Positions 1 through 10,421 of a stretch of 64,000 bases of DNA are shown piece after piece. The stretch comes from Chloroflexota bacterium. GTDB lineage: Bacteria > Chloroflexota > UBA11872 > VXOZ01. The notes under the pieces are model-generated. The model did not search any database and had not been told where the DNA came from. It saw only the letters and a list, made by a program, of their open reading frames with translations. A program made the position numbers and the translations under genes. The first letter of the stretch is position 1. Every line of letters starts with the position of its first letter. The stretch covers positions 1,440,001-1,504,000 of the forward strand of contig OZ219802.1 in the NCBI GenBank assembly GCA_964291655.2, in the 5' to 3' direction.

Positions 1-112
1 CAGCGGCGGCGATCCGCGACGGCGGGAACATGAAGTCGTACGCATCTATCCACAGGGACTCATCCTCGAACCACTGGGTCCTGCTGCTCTCTTGGCTTTT
101 ATTCATTGACAT
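1..112 (-). CDS. 5' part of a probable class I SAM-dependent methyltransferase (runs off window start)
   Basis: Reverse strand reads MSMNKSQESSRTQWFEDESLWIDAYDFMFPPSRIAAA, with AAGGA upstream of the ATG; the WF.DE..W...Y.FMF pattern resembles methyltransferase N-termini. Confidence 0.5.
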   Translation of the reverse strand, partial: MSMNKSQESSRTQWFEDESLWIDAYDFMFPPSRIAAA

Positions 113-245
113 CGTCCTTGGCGACCGTGGCCGCTCTTGAACCCAAACCCGGCGCAGGTCATGCCATCACATCCGCGCGCACTCTGCCCCACACGTCAAA
201 CGAAGCGAGTCTCCTGCAAATGAGAGTATCACCTTGCATGCAAGA

Positions 246-331
246 GCGGGGGACAAGCCCCCGCACTACCAACAGGACCGGATACAAGCCGCCACGCTAC
301 CAACAGGACCGGGGACAAGCCCCAGCGCTAG
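246..331. repeat. Three tandem degenerate GTAG-type REP copies (family B), 31-bp period
   Basis: gcgggggacaagcccccgcactac / cggatacaagccgccacgctac / cggggacaagccccagcgctag joined by an identical caacaggac. Confidence 0.8.
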
Positions 332-355
332 CAAGAAGATGAGAAACACGCAATC

Positions 356-383
356 CGTCATTCCCGCGCACGCGGGAATCCAT
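356..383. repeat. REP family A (GTCATTCCCGCG..CGGGAATCCA)
   Basis: Palindrome; related copies near 6955, 7170, 7303, 7366, 8965, 9105, 31558, 31619, 36134, 43427, 50441, 56613. Confidence 0.85.
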
Positions 384-483
384 CTTCTCCTCACAGCGTG
401 CGCACAACCCCATGCATGGCGCAGTCAAGTTTCCTTCCAGATTTGACCGCCATGAATGCGGAGGACTGCGACAGACGTGAACC

Positions 484-511
484 CTAGATTCCTCGCTGCG
501 CTCGGAATGAC
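484..511. repeat. REP family E (GTCATTCCGAGCGCAGCGAGGAATCTAG)
   Basis: Exact reverse complement of 56271-56298; further copies near 56334, 56463, 63605, 63646. Confidence 0.85.
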
Positions 512-547
512 GCAGTAGGCCAGCCATGCCTAGCGGCAAGAAATCTC

Positions 548-580
548 ATCAACGAATTAGTCAACACTTACAGGAATGAC
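548..580 (-). mobile_element. Isolated end of the TGTAAGTGTTGA-type MITE
   Basis: Reverse complement gtcattcc|tgtaagtgttgactaattcgttga matches gtcactcc|tgtaagtgttgagtaattcgttga starting at 56201. Confidence 0.6.
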
Positions 581-610
581 ACGTAAGAGAATTGTTCGTG
601 GAAGGGTGCC

Positions 611-1489
611 CTACTCTGCCTTGTCCTGCAGAGTCTCCACCTGATCGCGGGCGTGGTACGAGGAGCGGACGAGGGGGCCGGATTCGACGTGGCGGATGCC
701 GAGGGATTCGCCGATCTCTTTGAGTTCGACAAATTCTTCGGGGCGGTAGTAGCGTTCCAACTTCTGGTGCTTCTTGGAGGGGCGCAGATACTGGCCGATA
801 GTGAAGATGTCGACGCCGGTCTCGGCCATGTCGGTGAGCGTTTGGAGGATTTCGTCCCAGGTCTCGCCCAGGCCGAGCATCATGCCGGACTTCGTGAGGA
901 TCTCGGGGTCGAGTTGCTTAGAAGTGCGGAGCACCCAGTGGCTGCGCTCGTAGCGGGCCCTGGGGCGCACGCGGCGTTGCAGGCGGGGCACGGTTTCCAC
1001 ATTGTGGTTCAGGATTTCTGGCTTGGCGGCTACTAGCTCCTTCAATGAATCGTGCCTGCCGCCCAGATCGGGAATGAGCACCTCGATGGAGCAGTCCTCA
1101 TTGAGTTCGCGCACCTTGCGGATGGTCTCGGCAAAGATCTGCGCGCCGCCGTCTGCCAGGTCGTCACGGGCCACGGACGTAATCACGGCGTGGCGCAGGC
1201 CCATCTTCTTCACGGCCCAGGCCACGCGGATTGGCTCGATCTTGTCGAGACCGGCGGGACGCCCGCTCTTTACCGCGCAGAAGCTGCACGCGCGGGTACA
1301 GGTATCCCCCAGGATCATGAACGTGGCCGTGCGGGAATTCCAGCACTCGCTGATGTTCGGGCAGCGCGCCTCCTCGCAGACCGTATGCAGGTCCATGCCC
1401 CGCATGATCTGCTTAAGTTCGCGGTACTGCTCGCCCTCTTTCCAGCGAACGCGAATCCACTCCGGTTTTCGTTCCAGTGTCGTAGCCAT
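611..1489 (-). CDS. lipA: Lipoyl synthase
   Basis: [12 protein letters not shown] and CTRACSFC cluster motifs, C-terminal RSSY; likely start [11 protein letters not shown]. Confidence 0.97.
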   Translation of the reverse strand: MATTLERKPEWIRVRWKEGEQYRELKQIMRGMDLHTVCEEARCPNISECWNSRTATFMILGDTCTRACSFCAVKSGRPAGLDKIEPIRVAWAVKKMGLRHAVITSVARDDLADGGAQIFAETIRKVRELNEDCSIEVLIPDLGGRHDSLKELVAAKPEILNHNVETVPRLQRRVRPRARYERSHWVLRTSKQLDPEILTKSGMMLGLGETWDEILQTLTDMAETGVDIFTIGQYLRPSKKHQKLERYYRPEEFVELKEIGESLGIRHVESGPLVRSSYHARDQVETLQDKAE

Positions 1490-1639
1490 GTGGCGAAAAC
1501 TCCACACGTGTCGTGATGCGCTTCTACGGAAACTCACCCTCAGAATAGCACGTTCGCAGTACGTATTCCCACCGACGCCAATGCACCGCTCCGGCACGTT
1601 CTGTGGTGCAACCGGAGTGCCATGAACCTACAGCATTCC

Positions 1640-2407
1640 CTAACGTTGCGGTCGGGCCACGAAAATCATCTTCTCCTCGCTGCCCGTGAAGGGATCGGCC
1701 TCATAGGAGCCGAAGACATTCTCGATGGCAAAATTGGACTGGGCCAGCCGTGCCTCGATCTCATAGCGGTAGGAGTAGCGCATGGGAAAGGTACTTGTCA
1801 CCCGGCGAATACTGCCGTCGGTGTGCAAGCAGTCATAGAGATAGGTTGTTTGCACCACCTGCGTCTCGCGGTCCACCTCCCATACCTCAAACTGCTGGAT
1901 TGGCGCGCCGGTTTGCGGGTCTGCCAAGACGTTGCGCAGGGTGACCATGCGATCGCGTTCGTCGTACTCCTGCGTAAGCGGATTGAAGAGATCGACAATC
2001 AGCAACCCTTCCGGGTGAAGCAAGCGGTGGGCGGCGGCGAGCGCTTGGGTCTGTCGCAGCGGCGTCGCAAGGTGGGCAAACGCGTTGAGCGCGGAGAAAA
2101 CCAGGCGCGCTCGCGGGGCAATGGCGGCGGACTCCATTGGTTGATGCACAAGCTGGAATTGGTCTCCGGGAATCCCAAGTGCCTGAAATCGTTCCAACGC
2201 TCGTGCCAGCATAGCCTGCGAGGAGTCTAGGCCGATCACCGCATAGCCCTGCTGCGCTAACGGCGCGAGAGCGCGGGCCGACCCGCAGCCAAGCTCGACG
2301 ATCGGGCCTCCGGTACGCGCGGCAAAGCTCTGCCAGAATGCGCTGTCCTCATCCCAGTCGTCGTATTCCAGATCGTAGAGCCGGGCGAGGTCATCTGATT
2401 CAAGCAT
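1640..2407 (-). CDS. Class I SAM-dependent methyltransferase
   Basis: IVELGCGSAR motif I, GLDSSQAML. Confidence 0.9.
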   Translation of the reverse strand: MLESDDLARLYDLEYDDWDEDSAFWQSFAARTGGPIVELGCGSARALAPLAQQGYAVIGLDSSQAMLARALERFQALGIPGDQFQLVHQPMESAAIAPRARLVFSALNAFAHLATPLRQTQALAAAHRLLHPEGLLIVDLFNPLTQEYDERDRMVTLRNVLADPQTGAPIQQFEVWEVDRETQVVQTTYLYDCLHTDGSIRRVTSTFPMRYSYRYEIEARLAQSNFAIENVFGSYEADPFTGSEEKMIFVARPQR

Positions 2408-2437
2408 AATACCCGCTAACGAGGTTTTCCCGTGAAT

Positions 2438-3031
2438 TTACTTGCGTGCCAAGAAGAGCGACTCGACGACAGCCGCAAGCGCGGCAATGAGGATGAACAT
2501 CGTCACGTTCCAGCTTCCCACGAGCATGAGGCTCAAGTTGGCCACAATGATGCTCGCCAGCAGAAACGAGTGACCGGCAACCAGTACCGGATTGCCCTGC
2601 TGTAACCGCGACGGCGCAAAGCGCGAAAACACGCGGTGCATGATAGGCAAGCTTGTGACGAAGGTGGTGACGAAGACACTGATAACGAAGATCAATCGGC
2701 TACTGCTTTGAGCCGGATCTTGGGTAACCATCACCCAGAGCAGCGTAAGCCAGCTTGCAGCAATAAGGGCTATGAAAACTAACGACGACACCAGCCAAGC
2801 GGGCATGAGCCGGCGCAGCGAGAACGACCGTACCGAAGCGGGTATGCGCCGTTGCCGAGGACGCCGAGCCGGTGCCGTAGGAGTCGACCAGTTTGTGATT
2901 TTCGCGCCGGGACTCTTATTGGTAGTAAGAATAGACTCGAGACGAGGCGTTTTCAACGCAGCAGAAGCCGGGGAAGATTGCTTGCGAAGGCCCACGCGCC
3001 GCGTCTGAGGCTGCTTTGGCGGGGACGCCAT
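2438..3031 (-). CDS. Hypothetical membrane protein (basic N-terminus, about 4 TM helices)
   Basis: Four hydrophobic segments; AAGGA upstream of the ATG at 3031. Confidence 0.7.
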   Translation of the reverse strand: MASPPKQPQTRRVGLRKQSSPASAALKTPRLESILTTNKSPGAKITNWSTPTAPARRPRQRRIPASVRSFSLRRLMPAWLVSSLVFIALIAASWLTLLWVMVTQDPAQSSSRLIFVISVFVTTFVTSLPIMHRVFSRFAPSRLQQGNPVLVAGHSFLLASIIVANLSLMLVGSWNVTMFILIAALAAVVESLFLARK

Positions 3032-3383
3032 ACGAATCCTTACACTCGGGGAGGGCAATGGCAATGAGTGAGTTCATGCTACCATATCGCCCTGCACCCA
3101 GCAAGAGATTTGGGCACGGGTTCACGGCAATGCGGGGTGTGGGCCTTACGCTCAGTTCGGCCGGTCGCGAGGCCGGAAGCATCACCTATTGCACAAGAAC
3201 CTGTCAATGATTCGAGCAGGGCAATCGCGTCACGCACACGCTCTCCCGCACGACAATTGTATAGTTTCGGCGCTCTCGTCGGTGGAGTAAGGTCACGCCA
3301 GAGCCGCAGCGGCATGAGCAATTGCCGTAACTTAGGCACTCCCGGCCGGAAGCGCAAGTGCTCGCCAACGCCAAGCGACCCAA

Positions 3384-3413
3384 TTGACATTCGCGTTGCT
3401 CGTGACGGATAAT
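3384..3413 (+). promoter_or_regulatory. Sigma70-like promoter for the pyrE-like gene
   Basis: TTGACA-N18-GATAAT. Confidence 0.5.
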
Positions 3414-3457
3414 GGTATGTCCGACTGGATAAGACTCTGTTGGGGAAAGGGATCGAC

Positions 3458-4114
3458 GTGGAGCAGCCCGTATCGAACTTGTGGCTCGCTGAGGAAATCT
3501 TCAAGCTAGGCGGCGTGCGCTTTGGTGACTATACCCTTGGCCGCACGACGGTGCATTCACCAATCTATATCGACCCCCGGGTCTTGGTGAGCAATCCGCA
3601 TTCGCTGCGCGCCGCAGCGCAGCTCATTGCCCAGGAGGCAAGCTCCGGCCAAGCCATGCGGCATCCCAAGATCAATCCCTTCACCCTCGTGGCGGGTGTC
3701 CCTTTCGGCGGACTGCACTTGGCTACCGCCTTCTCTCTGGCCACGAATATTCCTATGATCTACGCGCGCAGCGAGAGCGGGCAGCACCGGATTGAAGGGC
3801 GCTATGACGCTGGTGAGACCGTACTCATCATTGACGACTTGATTACGTCCGGCGGCAGTATTCTGGAGACCGCGGCGGTCTTGGAGGAAGCCGGGCTCGT
3901 CGTGCGCGATGCCATCGTCCTCGTAGACCGCGATCAAGGCGGCGAAGCGCGGCTCAAGCGACACGGCTACAATCTCTACCCCATCCTGCGCCTTGAAGTC
4001 ATGCTCAACCTCTACATGTCCAAGCAGCTCATCACGGAAGACCAGTACCGCCGCAGCCTTGAGTACATCCGCACACATCGCACGCCGGAAGCACTTGAGG
4101 AGAACGCCCCCTAA
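3458..4114 (+). CDS. pyrE: Orotate phosphoribosyltransferase-like protein (divergent)
   Basis: SPIYID, GVPFGG, PRPP motif VLIIDDLITSGGS, VLVDR; GTG start after GGAAAGGGA. Confidence 0.75.
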   Translation: MEQPVSNLWLAEEIFKLGGVRFGDYTLGRTTVHSPIYIDPRVLVSNPHSLRAAAQLIAQEASSGQAMRHPKINPFTLVAGVPFGGLHLATAFSLATNIPMIYARSESGQHRIEGRYDAGETVLIIDDLITSGGSILETAAVLEEAGLVVRDAIVLVDRDQGGEARLKRHGYNLYPILRLEVMLNLYMSKQLITEDQYRRSLEYIRTHRTPEALEENAP

Positions 4115-4151
4115 CGTTGGGTAGGCGCGCATAGCTTGATCACTCCTGACG

Positions 4152-5360
4152 ATGGGAGCTAGTCCCAAAATGGAAGACCACCGTACGACGATTCGCGCGG
4201 CGGTGCTGCAGGAAGACACCTTCCTGCAACTCACCGCCAGCGGACGAGTGCGCGGGGGTTCGCCACCGTGGCAGAAAGTCGCCGTGCGCCCCGTGGTCGT
4301 AAAAGGCGTGCGACGCCTTCAGTTCGCCTATTTCAATGATAAGAAGTCGTTTACAAAGAACTACGCAGATGCAGATGCGCATGCCGAGGTGGACTCAATT
4401 CTCGCCGCCGCTTTCGGCAGCTTTCACGTGCAGGCGACACACGGTGATCTCCACGTCCGTCTCAGCAAGAAGGGCAAAGCGCTAATCTCACGAGGCAAGC
4501 CCTCACGCGCAGAACCGCAGCCCAATCTCGCCCACAATCGCACCAAGCGGCATCTGCTCCCTGTGGGCAAGCCGGATACGTTTTTGTGGACGTGTGGGAT
4601 AACCGACCGCGCCGGCAACGTTCGCCCTGCGATGCGCGGCAAGTTCCGGCAGGTAAACACATTTTTGGAGTTGCTCAGTCACGTTTTGCCGGCTGCTGAG
4701 CAGGCGGAACGTCCACTCACCATCGTCGATTGCGGCTGCGGCAGCGCGTACCTCACTTTTGCCGCGTACCACTACTCTGCCCACATGCAAAACCGCCCCA
4801 CGCACGTAATTGGAGTGGACTCCGATGCAGAGATTATCGCCAAGTGCCGTCAGCTTCAGGAGTCCTTGCAGTGGGACGGCCTCGAATTCCATGAGTCGAC
4901 GATTGGAGCATTCGCACCGGCAACGCCGCCGGACGTTATTCTGAGTCTCCATGCCTGCGATACCGCCACTGACGAGGCCATTGCGCAAGGCATTCGCTGG
5001 CAGGGCAGCGTAATTCTGGCTGCACCTTGCTGCCAGCACGAACTGCACGACCGGGTCCAGCATCCGCTTTTTCAACCTGTCTTGCGGCACGGCATCCTCA
5101 AACAACGCACCGCGGACATTCTTACCGATGCTTTCCGCGCGCTTGTGCTGCGGATAATGGGCTACCGCACGGACGTCGTGGAATTCGTTTCGCCGGAGCA
5201 CACGTCGAGAAACCTGCTGATCCGCGCTGTGAAGGCGCACGCGCCTGGCGATAGCGCCGCCGTTCAAGAATATGTGCAATTGAAGCAGTTCTGGAATGTG
5301 ACGCCCTATCTGGAAGAGCTGCTCGGCGACGTGCTGGAGCCGTATCTCTCCGTCGCGTAG
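4152..5360 (+). CDS. SAM-dependent methyltransferase (Methyltransf_32-like)
   Basis: IVDCGCGSAYLTF, SLHACDTATD, APCCQHEL, EFVSPEHTSRN. Confidence 0.9.
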   Translation: MGASPKMEDHRTTIRAAVLQEDTFLQLTASGRVRGGSPPWQKVAVRPVVVKGVRRLQFAYFNDKKSFTKNYADADAHAEVDSILAAAFGSFHVQATHGDLHVRLSKKGKALISRGKPSRAEPQPNLAHNRTKRHLLPVGKPDTFLWTCGITDRAGNVRPAMRGKFRQVNTFLELLSHVLPAAEQAERPLTIVDCGCGSAYLTFAAYHYSAHMQNRPTHVIGVDSDAEIIAKCRQLQESLQWDGLEFHESTIGAFAPATPPDVILSLHACDTATDEAIAQGIRWQGSVILAAPCCQHELHDRVQHPLFQPVLRHGILKQRTADILTDAFRALVLRIMGYRTDVVEFVSPEHTSRNLLIRAVKAHAPGDSAAVQEYVQLKQFWNVTPYLEELLGDVLEPYLSVA

Positions 5361-5414
5361 CCGCAAGCTTCCTTGGGTGACCTATGCGCAACCCGAGACT
5401 GCTGGCGGGAGTGC

Positions 5415-5500
5415 TCCCTCTCCCTGGGGAGTTCCTCGCCCAACCTAGGCGGCAGGCGGGGATTACTCCCTTTCCCTGGGGAGTGGTCCGGGGTGAGGGG
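5415..5500. repeat. REP family C (CCCTCTCCC..GGGAGAGGG-TTAGGGTGAGGG), degenerate copies
   Basis: Related copies near 22461/24119, 24236, 24308, 24426, 24531, 24655/25943, 26048, 43192, 44262. Confidence 0.7.
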
Positions 5501-5766
5501 AAATTGGTGCCAAACCGGCCCGAATCTGGCTGTTGGAAGCTGTCACGCAATGGGTTCTTGGTGAGAAGGGATAGTTATTGCGCCTCCGGCAGATACTATG
5601 CAAAAGTCTACTGGAGAATAAAGAGACTATTGACACATACGATGCTTGGTGAAAGTGTAGTTGATACTGGATCATGTCCAGCACAGGCTATTTCATGTTA
5701 CTCCGAGTGCACGCTAGTGCCATGCAGGACATGGGATGAAATTGCGCAAGCAACGGGATTGAATGC

Positions 5767-5790
5767 GTAGCGCGGGGGCTTGTCCCCCGC
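5767..5790. repeat. REP family B (GTAGCGCGGGGGCTTGTCCCCCGC)
   Basis: Identical copies at 9062-9085 (reverse), 36077-36100, 36185-36208; one-mismatch copy at 31740. Confidence 0.9.
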
Positions 5791-5860
5791 CTCTTGGTGG
5801 GAGCGGCGAACGTTAACGTAGACAAGGCACGGGCACTTTGCAGCCGAGGAGGGCAAAGCA

Positions 5861-6901
5861 ATGCGAAAAGTGGTTCTGAGCGGTACACCGTACGAGATGG
5901 GTCGCCAGCACGGCGAGTCCTTTGCGGATCTGGTGGCGGCCGCCATTCAGATGGTGGTCCCTGAGGGGAGGTTTGACGCCGATCACTCAACACGGGTGCT
6001 CGCGCAGGTGGAACGCAACATGGAGAGGGTCTTCCCGGAAGCGCTTGAGGAGTTACACGGCATTGCGGACGGCGCGAACGTTCCCTATGACGACTTGCTT
6101 GCCTATAACTCCTGTCAGGAGTTGGGCCGCATGCAGCAGGGGTGTACGAACTTCGCGCTCGTTACGCCCGAACACGGCGTCGTACACTATAAGTCCAACG
6201 ACGTGAACCTTGAAGCCCTGAAGTTTCACGTCTACTTGGAAGGACATCCTGAATCCGGCCATGACTTCATTGGCGTTACCTGGGCCGGCACCGTGTGGAT
6301 GAACGCCGGCATCAACGAGGCGGGACTCACGTACGGCGGCGGCAGTTTGCAGAATACCGATAGTGACTGGGACCACGGCCTGCCCGCAAACGTCGTCTTG
6401 CGTTACTTCCTGCAGTATCCCGATGACGTGGACGGCGCCCTTGCTTTGGTCGAACGCACGCCTATCATGTGCCACGGCCACAACATGGTCTTCACCGATC
6501 CTGGGGGCAACGGCGCGGTGGTAGAACGTACTCCCACGGCCATGGGCGTGCGCCGCCTCGACGACCACGCCATCTGGGCCTCCAACCACTGCTTGGTCGA
6601 CAACGTAATACCCATGCTCCGCACGGACAATGAGTCTTTCATGGCCAACAGCCGCGGCCGCTACGACCTCTTGGAGAAACTCACCGCCGAGCAGCCGCAC
6701 TCGCTGGAGCAGGTAGTCGCGATCGCACGCGCGCACGCCGATCCGACGTCCATGTGCCAGCATGGGCCGGTCATGCATAGCGTCATCGGCTACGTGATGA
6801 TCCCCGCCGAGCGCCGTATGCTCATCGCGCGGGGCTATCCCTGCCAAAACGAGTTTGTGGAGTACACGTTTGCTGCGGCCCCTGCCTCAAGCGGCGTGTA
6901 G
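5861..6901 (+). CDS. C45-family Ntn cysteine hydrolase/acyltransferase
   Basis: GTPYEMGRQHG, autoproteolytic G|CT site, GINEAGL, SNH. Confidence 0.9.
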   Translation: MRKVVLSGTPYEMGRQHGESFADLVAAAIQMVVPEGRFDADHSTRVLAQVERNMERVFPEALEELHGIADGANVPYDDLLAYNSCQELGRMQQGCTNFALVTPEHGVVHYKSNDVNLEALKFHVYLEGHPESGHDFIGVTWAGTVWMNAGINEAGLTYGGGSLQNTDSDWDHGLPANVVLRYFLQYPDDVDGALALVERTPIMCHGHNMVFTDPGGNGAVVERTPTAMGVRRLDDHAIWASNHCLVDNVIPMLRTDNESFMANSRGRYDLLEKLTAEQPHSLEQVVAIARAHADPTSMCQHGPVMHSVIGYVMIPAERRMLIARGYPCQNEFVEYTFAAAPASSGV

Positions 6902-7114
6902 ACCGACAAGGAATTTTTGGTTGCCGCGAGGATTTGGGTTGGGTACGACGAAGTTGGATTCCCGTGAAAACGGGAATCACCCAGGTCAGGCCTAGGCGGC
7001 ACAACAGAATGTAAGTGAGAGGGCAGCGGCTTGACCGTCTTTTGTATGTTGAATGCAGCCTGCAACTGAAAGAATGTGAGCGGGTAGCGCGAGGACCTCG
7101 TCGTCCGCCATATG

Positions 7115-7394
7115 CGCGAAAGCTCGCTCCCGCACAGGGGCGGGGAATCCATCTTGTCTGCGCACACCCTGGATTCCGGCGTTCGCCGGAATGACGGAGA
7201 CCGTCGTGCTAACTTCACGGGAGTCACCGTGGGCTTGCTGAGGGCGCACAAGGGAATTAGAATGTGCCCCTGACCTGACCGGCGGCAGTGGGCTTCTTTA
7301 CTGTCATTTCCGCGAAAGCTCGCCCCCGCAGGGATGCGCGGAATCCATCTAGTCTGCGCACACCCTGGATTCCGGCGTTCGCCGGAATGACGGA
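7115..7394. repeat. Two direct copies of a REPIN-like inverted REP doublet
   Basis: ggaatccatct(t/a)gtctgcgcacaccctggattccggcgttcgccggaatgacgga at about 7144 and 7340. Confidence 0.8.
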
Positions 7395-7450
7395 CATAAA
7401 CACAATGTTCAATGGTGATTGCAGGTCCGACTGACTCGGCTCTTCCCCCC

Positions 7451-7474
7451 GGTAGCGCAGGTTTGTAACCTGCG
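7451..7474. repeat. REP family D (GGTAGCGCAGGTTTGTAACCTGCG)
   Basis: Copies at 31935-31958, 35924-35947, 35995-36018, 41699-41722 and an interrupted copy at 31774-31868. Confidence 0.85.
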
Positions 7475-7677
7475 TCTGCTGTGCTTGGCGTCTTGCCAAA
7501 AGGACCCAGAGCATAAGAAGCATACTTGGGAGGATTGAATAGGGTCCTCTTGCGCACGATGCTGAGGCGCGTCCACGCAGCAGACCGCTAGCGTCTAGGC
7601 TTCGCGTCGCGCTTACCTCACCGGTAGTGCAGGTCCGCAACATGCACCCCGGGGGCAGGGGGCTTTCATCCTGCGCA

Positions 7678-8892
7678 TTACAGCCATTGCGCCGCCGGCC
7701 ACCAGACCCCTAAGCGGCTGATCGGCACGTCCAGCAGTTCCCGGCTGCCGGCGATGGGATCGTGGCCGTACGTCTCCACAAATATGCGCTCAATGCGTTT
7801 CGAGAGTTCCGTTGGTCCCGGCAGTGGCACATCCACCCAGGTATTGCCCAGGCGCTGGCTTTCCGCCATGACAAACGAGAGTTCCAGGTCGGCGCGGGCA
7901 CCCTCCGGACCGTATTGCACCGGCGTGCCTTCCGTAATCGATCGGTGTGTGCTCGTAAGAATTTCCGACTTTGCCACGTCGTCCAAATCGCCGACGCGAT
8001 ACGCCTTATAGGGATTCTCCCAGCGCAGATCGGGGGCGCCGTCCAGATACACGTAGTCCAGCACCTGCTCGCCGCCAACATGTAGATACTGCTCGCGTAT
8101 GGTCTGCGGCTGATCGGGTTCGCCGGCGAGCAGCACCACGTCGCGGCCGGAAATGTGGCCGCTAGAGCCTTCGATCTCCCAGAGATTGGGTCGGGAGTGC
8201 TTGGAAAACGGCCGCGGCGCGCGCTCGTAGAGGCACATCGTGCCGCGCATATACTCGATCCACATGGCCTCCCAGACCACCGTCGTCGACTGCTCCCCGC
8301 CGTAGGTGAGATATTGATCGGTCTCCGATTCTGTAACGTAGGCCTGTACGCGCCGCGCAGAATCCTGCAGGATCATGCGCACGGCATTGAAGCCGTGGTA
8401 CGCGCCGCTGGCGTACCAAAGTCGGGACATGGAGACCTTGCCAATGTAGCCGGACTCGACGATCTTGGCCTTGAGCTGCTCCTGCGGCCAGAGCCAGACC
8501 TGCTCGGCGATCTCCCAAACCACGCCGTGCTCCTGGCACACGTCGCGAATGGCGTCGCCGACTTCCAGGGTAATGCCGTAGGGAATTTCGGTAATGATGT
8601 TGATGCCGCGCTTGGCGGCCTCCACGGCGACCGCCGACTGCCCATCGGTGGGCACCAAAATGAGCGCCAGATCGGGCTTGGCCTCATCGAGCGTGGTGGC
8701 GACGTTGGTGAAGGACTGCTTCACGCCATGCTTTGCCGAGATTTCCTCCGCCACCGCCGGGTTGATGTCGCATATGGCGCAAAGGTCGAAGTGATCGGTG
8801 AGTTTCGCCACGGTCTCGATCCACCCCCGCGCCCGCGCACCCGGCCCCGACCCCGCGCCAATCACGGCGATACGTAGCTTATTCATGCTCAT
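7678..8892 (-). CDS. Gfo/Idh/MocA family oxidoreductase
   Basis: LRIAVIGAG Rossmann motif; EIP in place of the usual EKP. Confidence 0.85.
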   Translation of the reverse strand: MSMNKLRIAVIGAGSGPGARARGWIETVAKLTDHFDLCAICDINPAVAEEISAKHGVKQSFTNVATTLDEAKPDLALILVPTDGQSAVAVEAAKRGINIITEIPYGITLEVGDAIRDVCQEHGVVWEIAEQVWLWPQEQLKAKIVESGYIGKVSMSRLWYASGAYHGFNAVRMILQDSARRVQAYVTESETDQYLTYGGEQSTTVVWEAMWIEYMRGTMCLYERAPRPFSKHSRPNLWEIEGSSGHISGRDVVLLAGEPDQPQTIREQYLHVGGEQVLDYVYLDGAPDLRWENPYKAYRVGDLDDVAKSEILTSTHRSITEGTPVQYGPEGARADLELSFVMAESQRLGNTWVDVPLPGPTELSKRIERIFVETYGHDPIAGSRELLDVPISRLGVWWPAAQWL

Positions 8893-9254
8893 TAGCCCTT
8901 GTTTTTGAAGACGATCATCGATCTCGTTCACTCGCGTGCCAACTAAAACAATCCCGCAAAGATTCCGTCATTCCGGCGAAAGCCGGAATCCATCTTCTGT
9001 GTTCTGCGTAACCAACGGGACGTGGACTTTCCTCGACTACAACGACAAACCCTTCCCAAGAGCGGGGGACAAGCCCCCGCGCTACTAAGAGAAGGCCAAT
9101 TTGTCCGTCATTCCCGTGAAAACGGGAATCCATCTTCTCTTCCCTCCTCGTGTCCAACCCTGCGGAAGTAACGGTGGAATCGCCTGCCGTCAAATCCAGA
9201 ATTCCCAATTGGACCGCGAGAGTCCTAGGCGTATCCGTTACCCCCTCAGCCTCA

Positions 9255-10163
9255 TCACCCCACGTCCGCCAGAAACTGCCGGTACAGCGCCAACGGCTGC
9301 GACATGTCGTCGTCCAGCGCCGTAATCGCCAGCCGCACGTGCGCGGTGCGCTCCGTGCCCGGCACGAAGTCGCTGCCGAACAGCGACAGGTAAAGTGGAT
9401 TCTGCACCTTCCACGCGTCTTCCGGGTCGTCGGTGTTGTAGCCGCTGGTGACGGCAAAGCAGTCCTCGGGCCGCGACATCAGCACCGCCGCCACCCGTCG
9501 CTCCATATCGGCCTGAAACGCCACCGGCACGGCATACTCACGCTGGGGGCGAAACTGCGCCGTCGGGTGTCCCATCTCTTTGCGCTCCCAGCGGCCGTCC
9601 ACGCAACGCCGCGCCGCGTGGGCATCCCGCGTGTACACCAGCCCCATGCCCTTGAAGACCGGGTTTTCCTGCGGCGCGATCAACTCTTCAGACCCCGGCT
9701 CGCGGGTGTAGCGGTCTGTCGCCACATAGACGTGCGCCAGCAGCGGCGGATCGAAGTAATTAGACAGGAATATCTCGTAGCTCTCGTACGTCGCCTCGGC
9801 GGTCACCGTGATCGTCAGATCGATGAGGTTGGGCTCTTTGATCTGATAAACCGCCTCAATGCTGGCAAAGTGCTCGTCGGCGGGGCCCCAGTGCACGGTC
9901 AGCGTGTCGCCGTCCACGCTTACGGTGCGCTCGAACAGGCGCGGTTCGCCCAGACCCGAATGGGTCGCAAACAGCCGAAAGAGGTTGAGCGCCGAATACT
10001 TGGGATGAATGATGGATACCCCGCTCGGCTTGTGCACAAGCTGACTAATCCCATGCCGAATATCCATCTGCGGGTCCGGCGACTGCGCCCGCAGCGAACC
10101 CTTCAATTCCGCTGTCTCAAAATCGTAAACGCTGGTTGCGTCATCGTACGTTAAGGAAACCAT
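9255..10163 (-). CDS. Hypothetical protein
   Basis: 302-aa ORF with GAGGA RBS and natural composition; no family recognised. Confidence 0.75.
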   Translation of the reverse strand: MVSLTYDDATSVYDFETAELKGSLRAQSPDPQMDIRHGISQLVHKPSGVSIIHPKYSALNLFRLFATHSGLGEPRLFERTVSVDGDTLTVHWGPADEHFASIEAVYQIKEPNLIDLTITVTAEATYESYEIFLSNYFDPPLLAHVYVATDRYTREPGSEELIAPQENPVFKGMGLVYTRDAHAARRCVDGRWERKEMGHPTAQFRPQREYAVPVAFQADMERRVAAVLMSRPEDCFAVTSGYNTDDPEDAWKVQNPLYLSLFGSDFVPGTERTAHVRLAITALDDDMSQPLALYRQFLADVG

Positions 10164-10408
10164 AGTCGACCATCCTCTCTTGCTTCGCTACGAGGTGCTT
10201 TCATCAGGCAGAGTGCGCCATGCTAAATCACCAGATACTGCAAGACTACCGGAAAGTCCTTCGCGTAACTCGCTTCATTCTTGCACAAACGAAATTGCTT
10301 GGAGTGGTGCTGTTCTGTGCAGTATAGCCGAACGCCGAAGTAGCGTGTCACCGCGCCCTCAATCCGCACCCAGGCGGCCATTCTCTGGCTTCATTCTGTC
10401 TCTACAAC

Positions 10409-10414
10409 TATAAT
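10409..10414 (+). promoter_or_regulatory. -10 box 7 nt before the ATG (probable leaderless transcript)
   Basis: TATAAT followed by ATG at 10422, no SD. Confidence 0.5.
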
Positions 10415-10421
10415 TGCCCAC

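Noticed and set aside
246-331. Possible CRISPR array
   Set aside because: Spacers are identical 9-mers, the repeats are REP family B, and no cas genes are present.
6835-7643. ORFs of 240 and 128 aa
   Set aside because: Composed of translated REP sequence (VIPANAGIQ).
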